A stretch of 21,122 nt of DNA, from the NCBI GenBank assembly GCA_003135555.1, contig PLCF01000051.1, positions 1 to 21,122 on the forward strand. Reading direction: 5' to 3'. Both the position numbers and the translations under genes were made by a program. The notes under the pieces were generated by a model. That model ran no database searches. It was not told where the DNA came from and was given only the letters and a program-made list of their open reading frames with translations. The number at the start of each line of letters is the position of its first letter. Positions within the stretch are counted from its first letter, which is position 1. Shown here piece after piece: positions 19,404-21,122 of this stretch. This stretch comes from Vulcanimicrobiota bacterium (GTDB lineage: Bacteria; Vulcanimicrobiota; Vulcanimicrobiia; Vulcanimicrobiales; Vulcanimicrobiaceae).

Positions 19404-20785
19404 TCGACGCCGCGCCCGTCGCGTGGCCGCTCGCCTACGACCGGGCGTACCGGCCGCCGAGCGACGCGCCGTACTGGGACGCCGCGCTCGAGACGATCTC
19501 GGAGGACGAGCGCGCGAGCGTCATCCTCGGCAAGATCGGGCGCCTGATGGCCTGGGCGTACGAGCGCGCGCCATTCTACCGCACGCGCTGGCAGGCTGCC
19601 GGCCTCGAACCGGGTGACGTGAAATCGCTCGAGGACTTCGCGCGCGTTCCGACGATCGCCAAAGCCGACCTGCGCGCCGATCAGGCCGCGCATCCGCCGT
19701 TCGGGTCGTATTTGTGCATCGAGCCGGCTGAGATCGTCCGCATCCACGGAACCTCGGGGACGAGCGGCCGGCCGACGGCGTTCGCCTGGAGCCGCGACGA
19801 CTACGACCGCATCGCGGAGTCGCACGCGCGCATCATGTGGAGCTTCGGCCTGCGGCCCAGCGACACGGTGTTCGTCGGCTCGATCTTCTCACTCTACGTC
19901 GGCTCGTGGGGCGCGCTGGCCGGGATCGAACGGCTCGGCGCCGCGGCGTTCCCGTTCGGCGCCGGCGTCCCGGGGATGACGCTGCAAGCGGTTTCGTGGA
20001 TGGCGCAGATGAAGCCGACCGCGTTTTACGGGACGCCCTCGTACGCGTTGCGGATCGCCGAGACGGCGCGCGCCGAAGGGATCGACCCGCGCGACTTCGG
20101 CCTGCGCATCATGTTCTTCTCCGGCGAGCCCGGTGCGGGGATCCCGGCGACGAAGCGTCTGATCGAAACGACGTTCGGCGCGCGTTGCATCGACAGCGGC
20201 AGCATGGGCGAGGTCACCCCCTGGATGAACCTGTGCGAGTGCGAGCACCGTACCGGGATGCACCTCTGGCAAGACATCGTCTACACGGAGCTGCTCGATC
20301 CCGCGACGATGCGTCCGCTGCCGTACGGCGCGACCGGGACGCCGGTCTACACGCAGCTCGTCCGGCGCGGGCAGCCGATGATCCGGCTCGTCTCGGGCGA
20401 TCGGGCGGAGTGGACGAACGATCCGTGTCCGTGCGGGCGCACCTATCCGCGCTTCGGGCGCGGGATCATCGGGCGCATCGACGACATGCTCGTCGTGCGC
20501 GGCGAGAACATCTACCCGTCGGCGATCGAGGACGTGCTGCGCGAATTTGCCGAGCTGGGGACGGAGTTCGAGATCGTCGTCTCGCGTCCCAAAGCGCTCG
20601 ACGTCCTCACGATCTGCGCGGAGCTCGCCGGGCCGTGCAACGAAAACGAGCTGCGCTACCGCCTGGGCGCGCAGCTCAAGCGTCAGCTCGGCATCCGCGC
20701 TGAGATCGCGTTCGTCCCCAGCGGCGCGCTCGCACGCACCGATCTGAAATCCCGGCGGGTGCGCGACGAACGGTCTACGAGCTAG
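19400..20785 (+). CDS. hcl: Phenylacetate-CoA ligase family enzyme, probable 2-hydroxyisobutyrate-CoA ligase
   Basis: [39 protein letters not shown]. The segments W...YD..Y.PP....YW, HPPFG.Y.C, AHARIMW-like and [15 protein letters not shown]...AFPFGAG resemble Aquincola HCL as recalled; GTG overlaps the hcmB stop. Confidence 0.8.
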   Translation: MIDAAPVAWPLAYDRAYRPPSDAPYWDAALETISEDERASVILGKIGRLMAWAYERAPFYRTRWQAAGLEPGDVKSLEDFARVPTIAKADLRADQAAHPPFGSYLCIEPAEIVRIHGTSGTSGRPTAFAWSRDDYDRIAESHARIMWSFGLRPSDTVFVGSIFSLYVGSWGALAGIERLGAAAFPFGAGVPGMTLQAVSWMAQMKPTAFYGTPSYALRIAETARAEGIDPRDFGLRIMFFSGEPGAGIPATKRLIETTFGARCIDSGSMGEVTPWMNLCECEHRTGMHLWQDIVYTELLDPATMRPLPYGATGTPVYTQLVRRGQPMIRLVSGDRAEWTNDPCPCGRTYPRFGRGIIGRIDDMLVVRGENIYPSAIEDVLREFAELGTEFEIVVSRPKALDVLTICAELAGPCNENELRYRLGAQLKRQLGIRAEIAFVPSGALARTDLKSRRVRDERSTS

Positions 20786-20795
20786 CCGCCGGCGC

Positions 20796-21122
20796 TCAGT
20801 GGTGCAGCGTCCCCCAGGCCAGCGACGTGATCTTCCACGCACCACCGGACTTCGCCAACACGAAGGTCCACGTGCCGACGTCCGGGACCCGCTTGCCGGC
20901 CATCATCGCGGTGAACGTGACTTGGGCGACCATGTATGCATGATCGCCGCTGACGTCGATGAAAGGCTTTGGCGCGATCGTGGTCTGAAAGCCGCTCAGC
21001 TTCGCCTGCGTGATGAACGCCTTGAACGCGGTGGCCCAGCGCACGCACGCGTCGGCGCCTTTCCACGAGTACGGCGGAAACTCGTCGACGACGGTCGCCT
21101 TCGCGGCGCAGTTCGCGCGCAG
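20796..21122 (-). CDS. NTF2/SnoaL-like fold protein, 5' part outside the window
   Basis: Open from the window edge: ATVVDEFPPYSWKGADAC..W...VSGDHAYMV....F.....G.WTFVLAKSGGAWKITSLAW. Confidence 0.7.
   Translation of the reverse strand: MRANCAAKATVVDEFPPYSWKGADACVRWATAFKAFITQAKLSGFQTTIAPKPFIDVSGDHAYMVAQVTFTAMMAGKRVPDVGTWTFVLAKSGGAWKITSLAWGTLHH

Overview
High-GC bacterial chromosomal window; the gene content and style suggest a soil bacterium, possibly Eremiobacterota/Vulcanimicrobiota, but this is inference only. Left part: housekeeping genes. A minus-strand, translationally coupled run tsaE-tsaB-rimI-(TonB-C-like) is followed by yqeK-rsfS, a 38-aa membrane ORF and a TPM-domain gene that collides with a truncated glmM fragment at the left edge (probable chimeric join). 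Next come a small membrane protein, gyrA and an exported hypothetical protein. Middle: trxA-selA-selB plus a coupled PAS-PAS-GAF-GAF-SpoIIE-HATPase signalling gene. Right: the most notable system, a divergent GntR-regulated locus. One arm is a B12-dependent acyl-CoA mutase cluster with the diagnostic residues of 2-hydroxyisobutyryl-CoA mutase (hcmA, MeaB/MeaH chaperone, hcmB, and a PaaK-like 2-hydroxyisobutyrate-CoA ligase). The other arm is gntR plus an acetamidase/formamidase. Two TGTATACA palindromes lie between the arms. Other oddities: three genes whose conserved N-termini lack ATG/GTG/TTG (probable CTG starts), and a trxA UGA in frame with selA followed by a SECIS-like hairpin. No rRNA, tRNA, CRISPR or mobile element was recognised.
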